Below, in pieces: positions 30,300 through 44,400 of a DNA stretch of 64,000 nt; the stretch's first letter is position 1, and every line of letters begins with the position of its first letter. Below the pieces are notes generated by a model. That model saw only the letters and a program-made list of their open reading frames with translations, searched no databases and was not told the DNA's origin. The position numbers and the translations under genes were made by a program. Source of the DNA: Blastocystis sp. Blastoise (taxonomy: Eukaryota; Protista; Bigyra: Opalinata); contig JBBPEB010000027.1 in NCBI GenBank assembly GCA_039096225.1, positions 62,001-126,000 on the forward strand, in the 5' to 3' direction.

Positions 30300-31168
30300 A
30301 TGACTCACTATCATATTTATAAGTTATGACACGTTTCACACTACACCATCTATACAATACTACTGCATCCCACACTTTTAACCTTTAAAAAAATAACTCA
30401 TTTTTGTTGACTCTCTGATCTGTTGACTAACTCGTCCAAAAACTATTAATTATAACTTAAAATGTCCATCCGTTGAAGAATTAACTCTAAAAATGACTTA
30501 AAAAAAGACTTTTAGTTGATTCTGAAAAAGAACCCTTTATTTATAAGCTTTGACATACTTTTTGTATGCGGAACTTTGAGTCATAATAAAATTTAATGAA
30601 AAACCTTTTTTAAAACACTTGTGTCCTCTTATATAAAATAAAATATAAATAGACTCAGTTTTGAACAAGAAAAATATTCCCGTAAATATTTTAAAAATTG
30701 AAAACTCTGGTCTGATTGCCCATGGAACAAATAGGCTCGGCTCAATTTTTCAGTGTAAAAAAAATATAAATTTTTGACTTTTTGGCTGAATTTTGGTTTT
30801 GACCCATAGAGGTCAGCTGATTGACTTTTAATTACATTTATGACTCTGAGAGGGTCTTCACTTTAAACACAACTATAAAATATTTTAAAATATTGACCCC
30901 ATTATTTGTCGAAATTACGATTTAAAACAAAAGAAAAGCGTTTTTGATATTGTGTGACCCTCTGTAAAGAAAAATTAATGTCAATTCTTTGTTAAAATAT
31001 GTCAAATAGGGTCTTTGAGTCTAAATCAAAAGTCGACTTAAAAATTTTGTGAAAATTTTATTTTTTTTGCCTAAGTCTTTTTTTTATTCAGATTTTATTG
31101 GCTGAATAAGTTCTGAACGAAAATTAGCCAATCAAAAACCTTCAAAAACTCAAAAGTGCCTACCAGTG
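30300..31168. repeat. Right subterminal region of the CACTA element, rich in TGAC/GACTT/AAGTC/TGGCTGAA motifs
   Basis: Non-coding, with many short GACT/AGTC motifs in both orientations. TGGCTGAA (x2) is the inverse of TTCAGCCA near the left end. Confidence 0.55.
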
Positions 31169-32169
31169 ATATGTGATCAAAAAAATGTTGATAAAGTGAG
31201 CAAAAATTACACATATTGCTTCTATGAAAGCATTTAAGACGATTGCGTTCAATAATATAGTTATAATGTCAAATATAATTATCTTATGAGTAATAAAAAG
31301 AAAACATCTTGAAATGATTGTCTTTTTAAAATGTTTTGACTATGAAATTAGGTTGTTTTAGATGCATTTCATATAAATAGAGATGAATGGAAATAATAAA
31401 AGCAATAATTTGTTTTTAAATGTAACAAATATTTTCTAATTATTATTATTCTATAATCATTTCCTATAGATTTACAAATAATAGGGTGTACTATAGAAGC
31501 ATATAGTATTATTATAAATTTCAACATTACGAAAAATTATTTAATAAAGAAAACCATTTATCATGTATATAGGTTTAAAATATTTGATTATAAAGAGTAT
31601 TAATATATTATTGGATTCTTTTGATACATATACATATATATAATTAGGTTTAAAAATTAGATTAAGCTTTCCTTCAGAGTCTTCCTTCATTTTCATAGTA
31701 ATTATCCTAATAGCAACTGACTTTAATCTTTTTTTATAAATATAAACGTGAGTGAATATAAATGAATTCATTTTTTAAATAAAAAAGTATTGTTGTCTAA
31801 GAGTCATTTTTAGTACGTGTTACGTATCAATTCTGTTTCATAATATAGTTAGGGACTTTATATAAGACGAATTATAAAACTAAATTCATTTTTAAAATGG
31901 ATAACAATAACGTAAAGTATTCTAAGAAAGAAACTAAAAAAATACTTGATTTTTATTTAAGAATAGTCAAAAATCATGTAAAACAATGATTATAGCAATA
32001 TGATATATCTGATAATAAATGTACACAGTGATATTAATAAAATAATATTATTACATAAAAAAATAAACGTTAATAAAAAAATTTACAAAAAAAAGATAAT
32101 AAAAGAAAAATAATGAATTTAATATTATAAATAGTTTTAATAATGGTAATATATTATATATATATATAT

Positions 32170-34699
32170 TTATTGATTAAATAAGAAATAATAATAAGCA
32201 TTTTGAACTAATCGAAGTAACATGAATGGATTAATATATATATTTTTATAATATAATGACTTTTTACATTTATTTCTAATAGGGAATGTATGTAGAATAT
32301 TATGTGTACAATTATATTCTAAAGAATTATAGGGATATGTAATAGAAATATTATAATAAGGAATAACAAATATTCTACTTGTTCTACTACTAGCGGTAAA
32401 GAATATATTATCAGAATAAGGAGGATATATAGTAATAATAGTACTATAAGGTAACATAAATATAGAATTCAAAAGGTCTCTACCAATTACTCCTATTAAT
32501 ATATCTGTTTTAACCATTAATAATACTATTTTTTGAAATGTTAATGTTTCTGTAGCTACTATCTTATAATTACACATAATCTATATATATATATTTAAAT
32601 AATTCATCTATTTTTATGATATAGAAATTATTATATAGAATAAAGATCAATAACACTTTTAAATTGAGATATTTGTTTAATAATATATATAAAAATAAAT
32701 AAATAATTAATATATTGTTATAAAAACTATAAGAAGCACTGATGAATATATATATAAACATATATACATAAAAACATATATATATATATACCTTGTTATT
32801 AAAATTAGACATTAAAAGTTGTTCAATTTCATCGATATTAATAATGAATCGATTTTCTATGTTATGATGATATTGTTTATGATTGAATAACGTAATAAAT
32901 GGTTTTGAATGATGTCTCCTAATAGAAGGATCAATTCCTATATGCTTATAAGCTAAAATACGTATAGCATCACTATCTCTTATTGAACTAAATATGCCAC
33001 CATAAGATAAATAAAGTAATCTTGTTGATATATACTAAAGATAATATATTAATAATGAAAATACTTTGATAAGTTATATAGAATGATTCATATTTATAAT
33101 TGTTTATATTATTATTATTTTATATTATTATTATATAAATATAATAAATAATAAATATAATAAATAATAAATAATAAATATAATAAATAATAAATATAAT
33201 AAATAATAAATATAATAAATAATAAATAATAAATATAATAAATAATAAATATAATAAATAATAAATATAATAAATAATAAATAATAAATATAAATATAAT
33301 AAATATAATAAATAATAAATATAATAAATAAAAAAGCTAATAAATATAATAATATATATACAAAATGTTTAAAACATTTGGAGTCTCCATATTTTTCAAT
33401 AGCTTCTTTTATATTAACAAAAGTCATATTTGATGGATATAAACTCTTAATGTAGTTATAATAGTTATATGTCCAATTATAAGGATGATTTGCCTCTTGT
33501 TGAAATAATACTGTGTCAAACTATAATAGAATAATAAGAGCATGATATAATATAATTATAAAAATAATTACTAAATATTTTATTCTATTTATTATACTTA
33601 TTATTATACTAAACTATATATATACGAAAGGAAATTTTCTAAATCTCATATTTATAGATAGTAATATATTCGCTGTTTCTGTAAAATGAGCAATTTGTTG
33701 AGGGTATAAAGTGACTAAATATAGTACACTTGGATGCTCTTTGAACTTATTTGAATTCTTAAATTGTTCTTTAAATTGAATTGTAACATTAGGTAAATAT
33801 TCTGAATCTATATTATAGAATAATATATAGAATAATATTATAGAATAATATATAGAATAATATTATGGAATAATATATAGAATAATATTATAGAATAATA
33901 AATATAATAAATATAATATACATATAATAATAAATAAAATATATATAAAGTAGAATAACAAGTAAAAGTTTATTTACTACATATATACATACATTTATGT
34001 TTATTCTTCCTAAATGCATATTTATCTGTATATTTTCAATAAAATAAATAATACTATGTGATTGAAAATCAAAACATATATTATGAAATTCAAATAATGT
34101 AACTCCAAATTTTCTTGGTAATAATATAGAAGATGAATAACTATATATATATATTAGTGTTTATCAATGAATATACTTTCTGTCTATTATTTGAGATTCT
34201 GGTCGTTTTGAACTAAAAAAATCATGAATAACAATATTTATATAAATATATACTTAAAATAAGTATTGTTGACATCGTTTATATGTGAGTCCAACATTTT
34301 CTTCCTATGATAATAATAATAATAATATATATGTATTCAGTATACCAAGACTTTTTTCGGAATTGAACACCAAAATTATCTTTTGGGTAAATATCATTTT
34401 TTGTTGACATAATAACTATAAAAGTATAGATATTTGCATACTTTATTGAATTTACAATCATTTATATTCTGAGTATCATTTAAAATATTATCATTCTTTT
34501 CATCGAGCATCGATTCTATATCATTTTGATCGTATTTCACAGCATCAGTATCCTCAAGTATAGCTTGCTTTCCACCATTACTTATTGATGATAAAAGTCT
34601 ATAAAGTGAAACATCGTTGAAAAAAATCATATACATATTAATCACATAAAAGCTACAACATGCAAAAAGCAAATAAATAAACAATACTAGCCTATTCAT
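32170..34699 (-). CDS. Glycosyltransferase family 61 (DUF563)-like type II membrane protein
   Basis: N-terminal TM segment, QIAHFTETAN, RFIINIDEIEQLL, and TFQKIVLLMVKTDILIGVIGRDLLNSIFMLPYSTIITIYP (GT61 C-terminal pattern). Multi-exon. Confidence 0.7.
33100..33350. repeat. Intronic ATAATAAAT minisatellite
   Basis: Degenerate tandem ataataaat/ataaat units within a GT61 intron. Confidence 0.85.
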
Positions 34700-36430
34700 T
34701 TTTAAAGTGTCGTTATAAATATGTATTAAAAAAAATCAATTTTGATCCAAATAAACAGTCTTGGAATGGAAATTTTTCAGAAAAAACTAGTTTGCTTTAT
34801 AGAATTCAGGCTCTCTAGGCGAATAGAAAAATTCTTTGCGACAGAAGTTATTTTTCTGATTTTTTCGAAAGAAAATTTCTTTGTAGAGATTTACAAAAAA
34901 AAACCGTGAAAACTTTTAGTGGTTTAACAACAGTGAACGTCTTTAGCTGGTTTATATTTTTATATATTTTTGTATATAAAGGTTTTCATCATTTTATTGG
35001 TTTCTTATCAGTAGCGAGGATGTTACAGTTATACAACATAATTAGAACCATTCGCAAACTTTACCATTTATTAATAATTTCAGATAATAATCTCTAGATA
35101 TCCTATTAATACTATTTTAGAAATATATTGTATTGCAGGTATGATAATAAAATCTAGTAAATGTTTATATTTGTATAGAATGGGTCACGAATGAGAACAT
35201 TTTTCAAGTTAATTCCTCTAATTCTTGGATTAGACTATTTGCTACAAATTGCCAACATATCGATATACCACATTACATGTTAAAACTGATCTTTTAAAGT
35301 TACTGATTACGACACATTTGAAGAAACGTTAATAACGTTCTAAATACAACTATTTTACTTTACAAACTTCTCTTTAGATCTTTACCATTAGTGGCTCATT
35401 GAAAAACTTAGGTAAACATTTTACATTTTGAAATTTTGTTGTCCTTAACTTTTGTATCTCTATCATAATAATAGATATTCATTCGTATTTAAGATATGTT
35501 CCTATATATGAATTGAACTTTAAACTTAACTAAAACAAATTTTATACAAATTTTAACAATTAATTATTCTTTAATGCGATTGATTTCTATTCAGATAGCA
35601 TTTCTATCTTTTCTTATATTTTACAATGTCTATATATATTATTTAAGCTCATGAAAGTTATATGATTCCCTTAATTAAATGATTGAATACAAAAATATAT
35701 TGAACTTTCTATTAACGAATTTATATTATATTTTAGTTTAGATTGATTTGTTGTGATAAACTATTTAGAGTAAGTAAAAAAACAAATTTATAAAGCAATA
35801 ACTAAAATTTAAAAAATGTGCTTAATCAACGTGAAGTCAAATCAATTAGTAGTTTCTTTAAATCATCAACTATATAAATTATAATATGTTCGTATAATAA
35901 AATAGTCTTTTATTACTTCATTAATAATATAATACAATCAATAATGTCTCTATTTATTATAACTAGCTAGTGGTAGTTTCGTTTGAAAAAAAACTTTCAC
36001 TAAACTCAATAACATATTATAATATAAAACGTGTTGTTCTTGACTTCATATAAATAAATTTAATTCAATCACGGACTTAAAAACTAATGAAAAATTTTTG
36101 ATTAAAAATGAGACAAATCAGTGAAGACTTTTTTGTTTTTTTAATTTGTAAATCTCTTATGGTTATTGAAAAATATATATATATTTCTTCTTTGTGATTC
36201 AATGAAGAGTTATAATTATAAAACGTTATAACTATTCTATTAAATAATATTATTCTTTAAAGCAATCATATTATGTATAAATATAAAAAAAACTAATATT
36301 CATTTTTAGTATCCACTTTTTTTATTTTATAGAAAAAAATTATTAAAAAAAAGCAAATATAATAATAAAACAAAAAACAAAATTCATTTTCTTTTAAGAA
36401 AAATAACAATATATATATATAATAATGATT

Positions 36431-39400
36431 TCAATAATGATCTAAATAATAGTAAACATGATTCTTTTGAATAAACTGAGAATTCTGTAGTTTTTGTTTA
36501 TACATATTAATAGTATCAATTGGGAAATCTCTGCCTAAAAATAAAATACTATAACAATTATTATGTACATATATATATATATACAACATTCATAATGAAA
36601 GTATTTTAATTTTGGTATTTGACCAACTATTATCTTATTTATTATTATAGATACTAATGTAGTATCATAACGGACTACATATAAAATAGAATTTTATATT
36701 TCATACTTATAAAGAAACATACATATATTTAAATATTTTAAGTTTGGAATCCTTTGTTCATCAATACAATTAATTAATATTTCGATTTGATATTTCACTA
36801 TTGAATCTATTATATACATAAATAATTGTTGATAACATTTATATATTATGATAATACTTTATAATATATATATATATATATAATTATAATTTTTTTTATA
36901 TTTATAAAGATAATAATGTATATATTTATAATAATAATACTCTATAATAACATTTATAAAAAAAAATTTAGTTTATAATATATAATGATAATATTGTATA
37001 TATTTATAAAGATAATACTCCATAATATATATAAAAATATTTAAATAAGTATAATATTTTATAATATATATATATATACTAATATACTTATAATATATAT
37101 ATAATGATAATACTTTATAATATATAAAATGATAATATTATATAATATATATATATACCTTCACCAAAAATAGAGATAGTTTCCGAAGATAAATTAGTAT
37201 TATATTTATAGGGAAGAATAGAATCACTTGGATTATAATAAAAATATTTGTTATCATACTTTTGAGAGTCTATAAACAACAAGAATATATTAATAAATAC
37301 TATTGATATACCCTTAAAATAAATAATTGTTGATGATAGGAAATTATCATTGTTATTCACTAAGCATATAAAATCTAAAAAGTGAATCAATATTTCATTC
37401 TCACTCTTATCTATATATATATATAGAAGCTAATACTAAATGAATAAATATATCACTAATTGAAATAGTATATATACTAATTTTTCATAATATATATTCT
37501 AATATATTATAGAATATAAAATATATATTTATACCTAATTTAATTTGTTTTAAATTTGAGAAATTATCTTGAGTATATAAGTCAAAAAAAGTACTATCTA
37601 ATATACCCTCTATAGCTAAACAAATATTGAAATATAAAAATAATATATCATATACTATAATCAAAAATTATAAAATACATATAATATATATATACATATA
37701 TTTAGATCTATTGTATTATGAAAACAACCTTTACGAACTAATCGCTCAATCATATTTTCGTTTCTATTTCCTAGATATATATATATATTAAAAGATTATT
37801 AAAAATTTTATGTTTATTTTTATAAGTATGATCAAGATAATAGTATATAATAGTATATAATATTATATAATATTATATAATAAATATAATTACCATAGAG
37901 TTCAACTTTTGAAGCCTTAAGAAGTATCTTTCTAAGTATACTTTCGAATAGGGAGAAATATTCATGTTCAGAATTAACACTATTTATAGGTAATTTAATA
38001 ATTAGTTCATTTATATGATTAAATGTATCGTTTCTAAAGAGACTATCTATCCATTTCAATTCTTTTATACTTATATCATTATCAACTATAGAAATTAGTA
38101 TGAAAATAATAATAATAATAATAATATATCTATTATACATAAAATTACCAACTTTTCTAAGTCTTTATATGGACAACTTAAAAATAATTGTTCTTGGACA
38201 CATTTCACTTTGAGTTTTTTTAGCTTATTGTTTTCTTCATCTTCTTCTTCATTTATATTATTCTTATTATTTTCATCATTATAATCATCTAAAAATATAT
38301 TTATTATTAATATAAAGAATACTTTTAAACTTAATAATAAATGTATCTGCTTCTTTATTCACAATATATTCATTATATCCTAGTATTAACTGATCTGTTG
38401 AATATTTCTCATATTCAAATTTATCTAATAATAATCATAAATAATTATAAATTCATAAATATATACAACAATAACGCTGTGATTCTAAAGAAAGAAGTCC
38501 TTTCTTTATTAATTCTTCATTATGTGGGAAATAATATATAACATCATCTAAATATATTTACATTAATATTAAAACTATTATTATTATATATATATATTAT
38601 ATAAATAGACTATATAATATATACAACTTGCAATAATATGAATTGAGTAATTATGAATTAAATCATATAAACGTAAAATTACATTCATTTCGATTTCTGA
38701 ACGTACTGAAGATAAATCAATAGTATCAATCATAGACATTAGTTCTTTTGGAAACTTAGAATCAAAATTATCTTTATATATAATTATTATATTGTTTTTG
38801 TATATAGATTACTCATATTAATATTGTCATAATAACATATTGTATGTAACTTGGGGAAATAGTCTCTCTTTATCGATGATAATGGGAAACACACTATATA
38901 TATTAAAAATATATATAGTATATATATATACTATAACCATCAATATAATAAATTGTAGTAACATTAGGAAATATATGTGTTATAATCATATTTATAAACT
39001 GATTGTTGTCAAATAATAGATTCCAGTATAACACTATATAAAAACAAATATTTTTCCATTAAAAACACTTTATTATATATACTCCATTCAAAATTTAATG
39101 CAGTAATAGAATCAAAAGAACCTTCTTCAAACGCTCTTATAACATACATAGCGTTATATCTTGAGTCAATAGAATCTATACATATATACTCTTAGCCACT
39201 ATATATATGTATATATATATATATTTACAGAATTCAAGACTTATTTCCGAGAAATAAAAATAAGAAGGAAAACGTAATAATTGAGATATACCCCATTCTG
39301 TTTTTATTGTTATTTCACTATTATACATATATATTTATATATATTTATTATTATTATTATCATTATTATATTTTATAAATAATTGTATTCATTATATTAT

Positions 39401-39882
39401 CAAAATATACTGAATTATTTTGTCGTCTGTTTTAGCTATATATAAAGCATTATATAGTAATAATAGTTATAAATTTATACAACAATAATATAACTCAACT
39501 GTATCTTCAAGTGAATAATCATAAATCTTTTCACTTCCTTCTACTTCTGAATAATCATTTATATATACTGCTTCTTTATGAATGCATTCATATAATTTAG
39601 GTAACTGATTCTTTTCTCTTTTTTCATTATAAGAATTCACCAAATTAGATGAAAATATTTTCATATTAATATCTAGAGAAGAAATTTCATTATATTGTTT
39701 CATGTCAGAGATTGTATAATAATCATATCTTTCTTCTTCATTTCTTTGATATTCATAGAATTGATGAAATTGAATATAGTTTTTCATATAATTAGTTGTA
39801 TTAGGATTTAATAAAAAATCAGTTTTCATATAGTTTGTTATTACTATATATATATTCATTATATATTATTATTATATATATG

Positions 39883-39917
<35 letters not shown>

Positions 39918-40703
39918 TACCAGTTATCTTTAATTTTTCTAAAGATGGGAATATATCCTTAATACATGATGGATATATATATTCTAATGGAATATTCGAT
40001 GCATATTCATCTATATACGAAGTATTATTACTTAATATATATCTAATTTATATACATCTAATTTGAACTTTAATAATATTCATCATTTTTAAAAGTAGTG
40101 AATAATAAAATAATTCATCTTTTCTTTTTGGTTAAAATAATCCTATATATAAAATGGAGCATATTTATTGTTATTATACTGCTATTAGAATAGAATTATT
40201 TATATATACCATTAATAACTAGTGTTTTCGCAGTTGAATCAAATAATTGCATAGGAACATTCAACTGGCAACAAGCGTCATAATAATATACCTCGTAATT
40301 ATTGTCTTTCAAATAATTAAAGAATAATTCTCTAATATGAAATAATAAATCACTTTGGATTTCATCATTAATCACAACAGAATACTCATCAAGTATTTCA
40401 TATATATCACAACTATCTCTCAGATTCAATGTTGAGAAATCCATATTATCTTCCATCAAAAACGAAATCACTTTTTGCATTTGAAATGGAAGCATATCTA
40501 TATAATAACTACCATCTTCATATTTCTCAGAATGCTGAGTGATATTCAAAAAGGGTAATTGTGAATATTTTTCCATAAATTCTCTTGAAATCCATAATTG
40601 AGTCTCATTTTGAAAAGTGAATAAATCTAAAAAGAAGCATAATCAATTTCATTTATACTCAAATACAATTTTCATCACTTGATATAATGTTAGTGGCTGA
40701 CAT
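36431..40703 (-). CDS. Multi-exon BTB/POZ-like + LRR-like protein (copy B)
   Basis: Exon-by-exon similarity to copy A (LFTFQNETQLWISREFMEKY, SEKYEDGSYYIDM, FLLNPNTTNYMKNYI, YYNPSDSILPYKYNTN). Ends SQFIQKNHVYYYLDHY*. Intactness not fully verified. Confidence 0.72.
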
Positions 40704-41168
40704 GGCTTGATATCAACTATATTTACATAAGAATTTAAACAAATTAGTTAAGAAAACGGTTTTTCGAAGTAATGTACAAAATATACTTTATATATAAACT
40801 TGATGAATTGATGAAATCTACAAAGAACTACTAATTAAAATAAAGAAGTAAAATAAAAAAAACTACTATAACTAGAATTCTTGTTTTTCTATATATTCAT
40901 GGGATTTAATTGATTCAAGAGGGTGTTATCATAAAACTTGGCTCAGGACACAATATTTGACTTCTAGTCTTAGGGTCACGTAGTATCATAGAGTCCTCAG
41001 TCAAGTTTTTCAATTTATAGCGTCCTAAGTCAATTATTTCCTAAGAGATGTATTAATAATTCATATGAAATAGTGTATAATTGTACATATATACATTAAA
41101 TCAATTTATCTAGCGAGTTGATAAATATATAGCATGCAGAAATCAAGTTTTATAAGTTAATTATGATG

Positions 41169-41176
41169 GCGGCAAA
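41169..41176 (-). promoter_or_regulatory. E2F-type site TTTGCCGC upstream of RFC1
   Basis: Matches TTTSSCGC about 260 bp upstream of the RFC1 ATG. Confidence 0.4.
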
Positions 41177-41437
41177 AATAAAAGGCAATTTTTCTATTTA
41201 TTGCACAAATTTTCTTTATATATAATCTAAAACGGACAATAAAGTGCGTACCATTTATTTAAAAAAAGTTAAAAGAGACAGGATTCATTCAAAGCAATTT
41301 TTATTTAAGAATATTTTTTTTTCAAAGAGAAAAAAAGAAACTTTCACGGGGTTTTTTTTGTTTTGTTGAAAAAAAAAATAGCGTTAGCTAAAATTGGATT
41401 AAAACTGATTCAATAAAGAATTTAATAAACGATTTAT

Positions 41438-44400
41438 ATGGATCTTCGTAATTTCTTTAAGGTATATATTTTATAGAAAAAAATTACTTTCAATGTATAG
41501 CCAATTGGTAAATCAGCAAGTTCAACATCTTCAGAATCAGTCTCAAAGAAGTCTTCGGAGTCTGATGAGAAGGTTCATGTTGTTCATAAATCGTATTGAT
41601 ATTTTTTATTTATAAATTTGTATATTTTTATTTTTTTTATCAATAGACTATCTAATAATTCAAAGGATGTGGCAGCAAAAACAACTAAAAAGCGGGTGAC
41701 TAAAAGTGACCCCATAAAGAAAACAATTATAACTGATATTTCAGATGATGATGAGGTTCTCACTGTTCTTAAGAAGTCTTCAGTATCAAAATTACTAGAA
41801 AAGCAAATAACAAAACAAAATGTGTCGTATATTTGTTTGCTTTTTCTCTAGTATTCTTTATCTTATATATATATATAGTGTGAAGTCTATAGATACTCGT
41901 GTTCCTATGACGATAAATGATCGTGTCAAACAAAATTCTTCTTCAAAGCGTGTTTTATCATCAACTTCTCCTTCGAAGAATAAAAGACGATATATAAATG
42001 ATTCTGACAGTGAAGATGACTATATACCTCAACTAGAGAAAGAGGATGAGAAGGAATATAATGCTATAGTAGATGATGAAGCACTTTCTAGTGATGATGA
42101 TGTGATTCTAGATAATGAAATAGATGAAGATAATGATGATATCAAAGTAACAAAAAAGAAACAAACGAAATCTCCGCGAAAAACTCAAAAGAAATCCAAA
42201 AAAGATGATTCTATAGATATAGATATTGATATAGATACAAAAAGTCCAAAAAAGACAAGAAAACCACGAAAAACTAGTAAAGATAAAGAAGAGGGGGATA
42301 CGAATGACGCACCTGTTATTAAAGTTGCTGTTACAAACGGTGCACGTTTCCCTTGGATGGGTCCCTCAAAACCCCCTCCACATAAAGGAAGCAAGGCTAT
42401 TCCCGTGGGAGAAGAAGGCTGCTTAGAAGGATTAGCTTTTGTATTAACAGGAGTTAACGATAGTTTAGAAAGAGAAGAAATGAAAGAATTAATTGAAAAA
42501 TATGGAGGGTATATAGATTATTATTATTTATATGTTTATATGTTTATTATTATTTATTATATGTTTATTTTTTTTATTATTTATTTTTTTTATTATTTAT
42601 TATTATTTATTAACATATATATTATATCAATAGAGTTGTTCGTACAGCTGTAAGCGGTAAGACTAATTATTTAGTTGCAGGAATAGAATTAGAAGATGGT
42701 CGATCTATAGAAGAAGGATCTAAATATAAGAATGCTATTGCTAAGAAAGTTTCTATTATTGATGAAGATAAACTATTAGATATGATTCGATGTACATGTG
42801 AACAACCCACTATTCAAGATAATCACGGGAATAATCAAGTGAAGAATGAAGAAATAGCACCCTCCTTGGCAATTAAAGAAGAAGAAGTTAAAATGGAAAA
42901 TAATACTATTCCTTCTCCACCAATGAATCGAAGAGGAATTGTGTACGAAGAATTCGAAGAAGAACAACCTCAAGGTATTTATTTTATTTATTTATTTATT
43001 TGCATATATATGATTATATAGCTTTAAAAATCAAACCTATTTCTTCTGTTGATGAAAGGTATTTTTATTTATTATGTTTATTATGTTTATAATATTTATT
43101 ATATTTATTATATTATATATTGATATAGTTTGTTTACCAGTAAATATGCTCCTCATACGTTAGAAGATCTAGTGGGGAATCGGAATAGTATTCTCGCATT
43201 GAGGGACTGGCTTAATCGATGGAATAATGTTCATATACTGAGTATATATATATATTATATTTATTATAATTATATTAATTATTCTTCTATAGAAACAGTG
43301 AAAGTACAGTATAATAAACAGAACCCTGGAGCCAAAGCTGTTCTTATTTCAGGTCCTCCTGGTATTATATATAATAATATTAAATAACATCTTCTTATTA
43401 CGAATTATTTTCTAAATATATATAGGTATTGGGAAAACAACTTGTGTATCTGTTTTAGCACGTTTAAATGGTTATGAATTAACAGAATTAAACGCTAGTG
43501 ATAAGAGAAACCAGGGAACCATTCGAGAAGAACTCAATAATATTATTTCCAACAAGTATATAAATATGTTTATTTTTATTCTTATTCATTTTTTATATCT
43601 CTTTGATTAGTATTATTATGATTATATACATAATTATTATTATATATTATATATATTATATATATTATTATTCTCTTATTATCTCCTACCTATTCTCCCT
43701 TTCTTCCTCTCCCTCTAGTACTCTGAATAACCTCTCTTCCTTCTCGAATCATAAGCTTATAGTCATGGATGAAGTCGACGGAATGTCGTCAGGAGACAGA
43801 GGAGGCATAGCAGAACTTGTATTTATATACATATATATAGTATTCACTTTTTTTATATATTATTATAATTAACATTTTATTCTATTTTTTAACATATATA
43901 TATTTATTATATATAATCTATATATATAATTTTCTTTTTATCTGAGAATCTATTCATTTATTTCCATTATTATTTATTCATTATATATATATATATAGAT
44001 TCGTATAATAAAGACTACTACTTCTCCTATTATATGTATATGTAATGATAGAGATAACGCAAAGATTCGATCTCTCGTTAACTCCTGTTTCGATCTACCC
44101 TTTATCAAACCTACACCGTATGTACGGAGAACAATAGCACGTGAAACTCACACTTTTATTATCCTTTTCATTATTATTTTTTTTTTTTTTTTTAATTCTA
44201 TATACATTATATTTAATTGTTTTTATTCATATTATTTAATAATAATATATATATAGATTAGAAGTTCACAATCGAATTGATTATATAGTAAAAAGAGAGC
44301 AGTTGCATATAAGTAGTGAAGATATAAAGAGACTTATTACTAGTACTGATGGGGATATGAGACAAGTATATATATATACTCTTATAATACTCTTATATAT

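Larger units (their letters stand above)
15035..31168 (+). mobile_element. ~16.1 kb CACTA/EnSpm (CMC) DNA transposon with cargo
   Basis: Left end CACTGGTAGGCA (15035) and right end TGCCTACCAGTG (31168) form a perfect 12-bp TIR. AT on both sides (15033-34, 31169-70). Internal Tnp2-type transposase; motif-rich subterminal regions. Confidence 0.9.

Noticed and set aside
33131-33427. Hydrophobic I/Y/F/L-rich ORFs (also 46866-47067, 28063-28263, 59841-60065, 60833-61297, 4906-5166, 5757-5960)
   Set aside because: Translations of intronic microsatellites, AT-rich intergenic DNA or off-frame coding sequence.
33810-33900. Regular repeats resembling a CRISPR array
   Set aside because: Intronic tandem tatagaataata units with no unique spacers, in a eukaryotic context with no cas genes.
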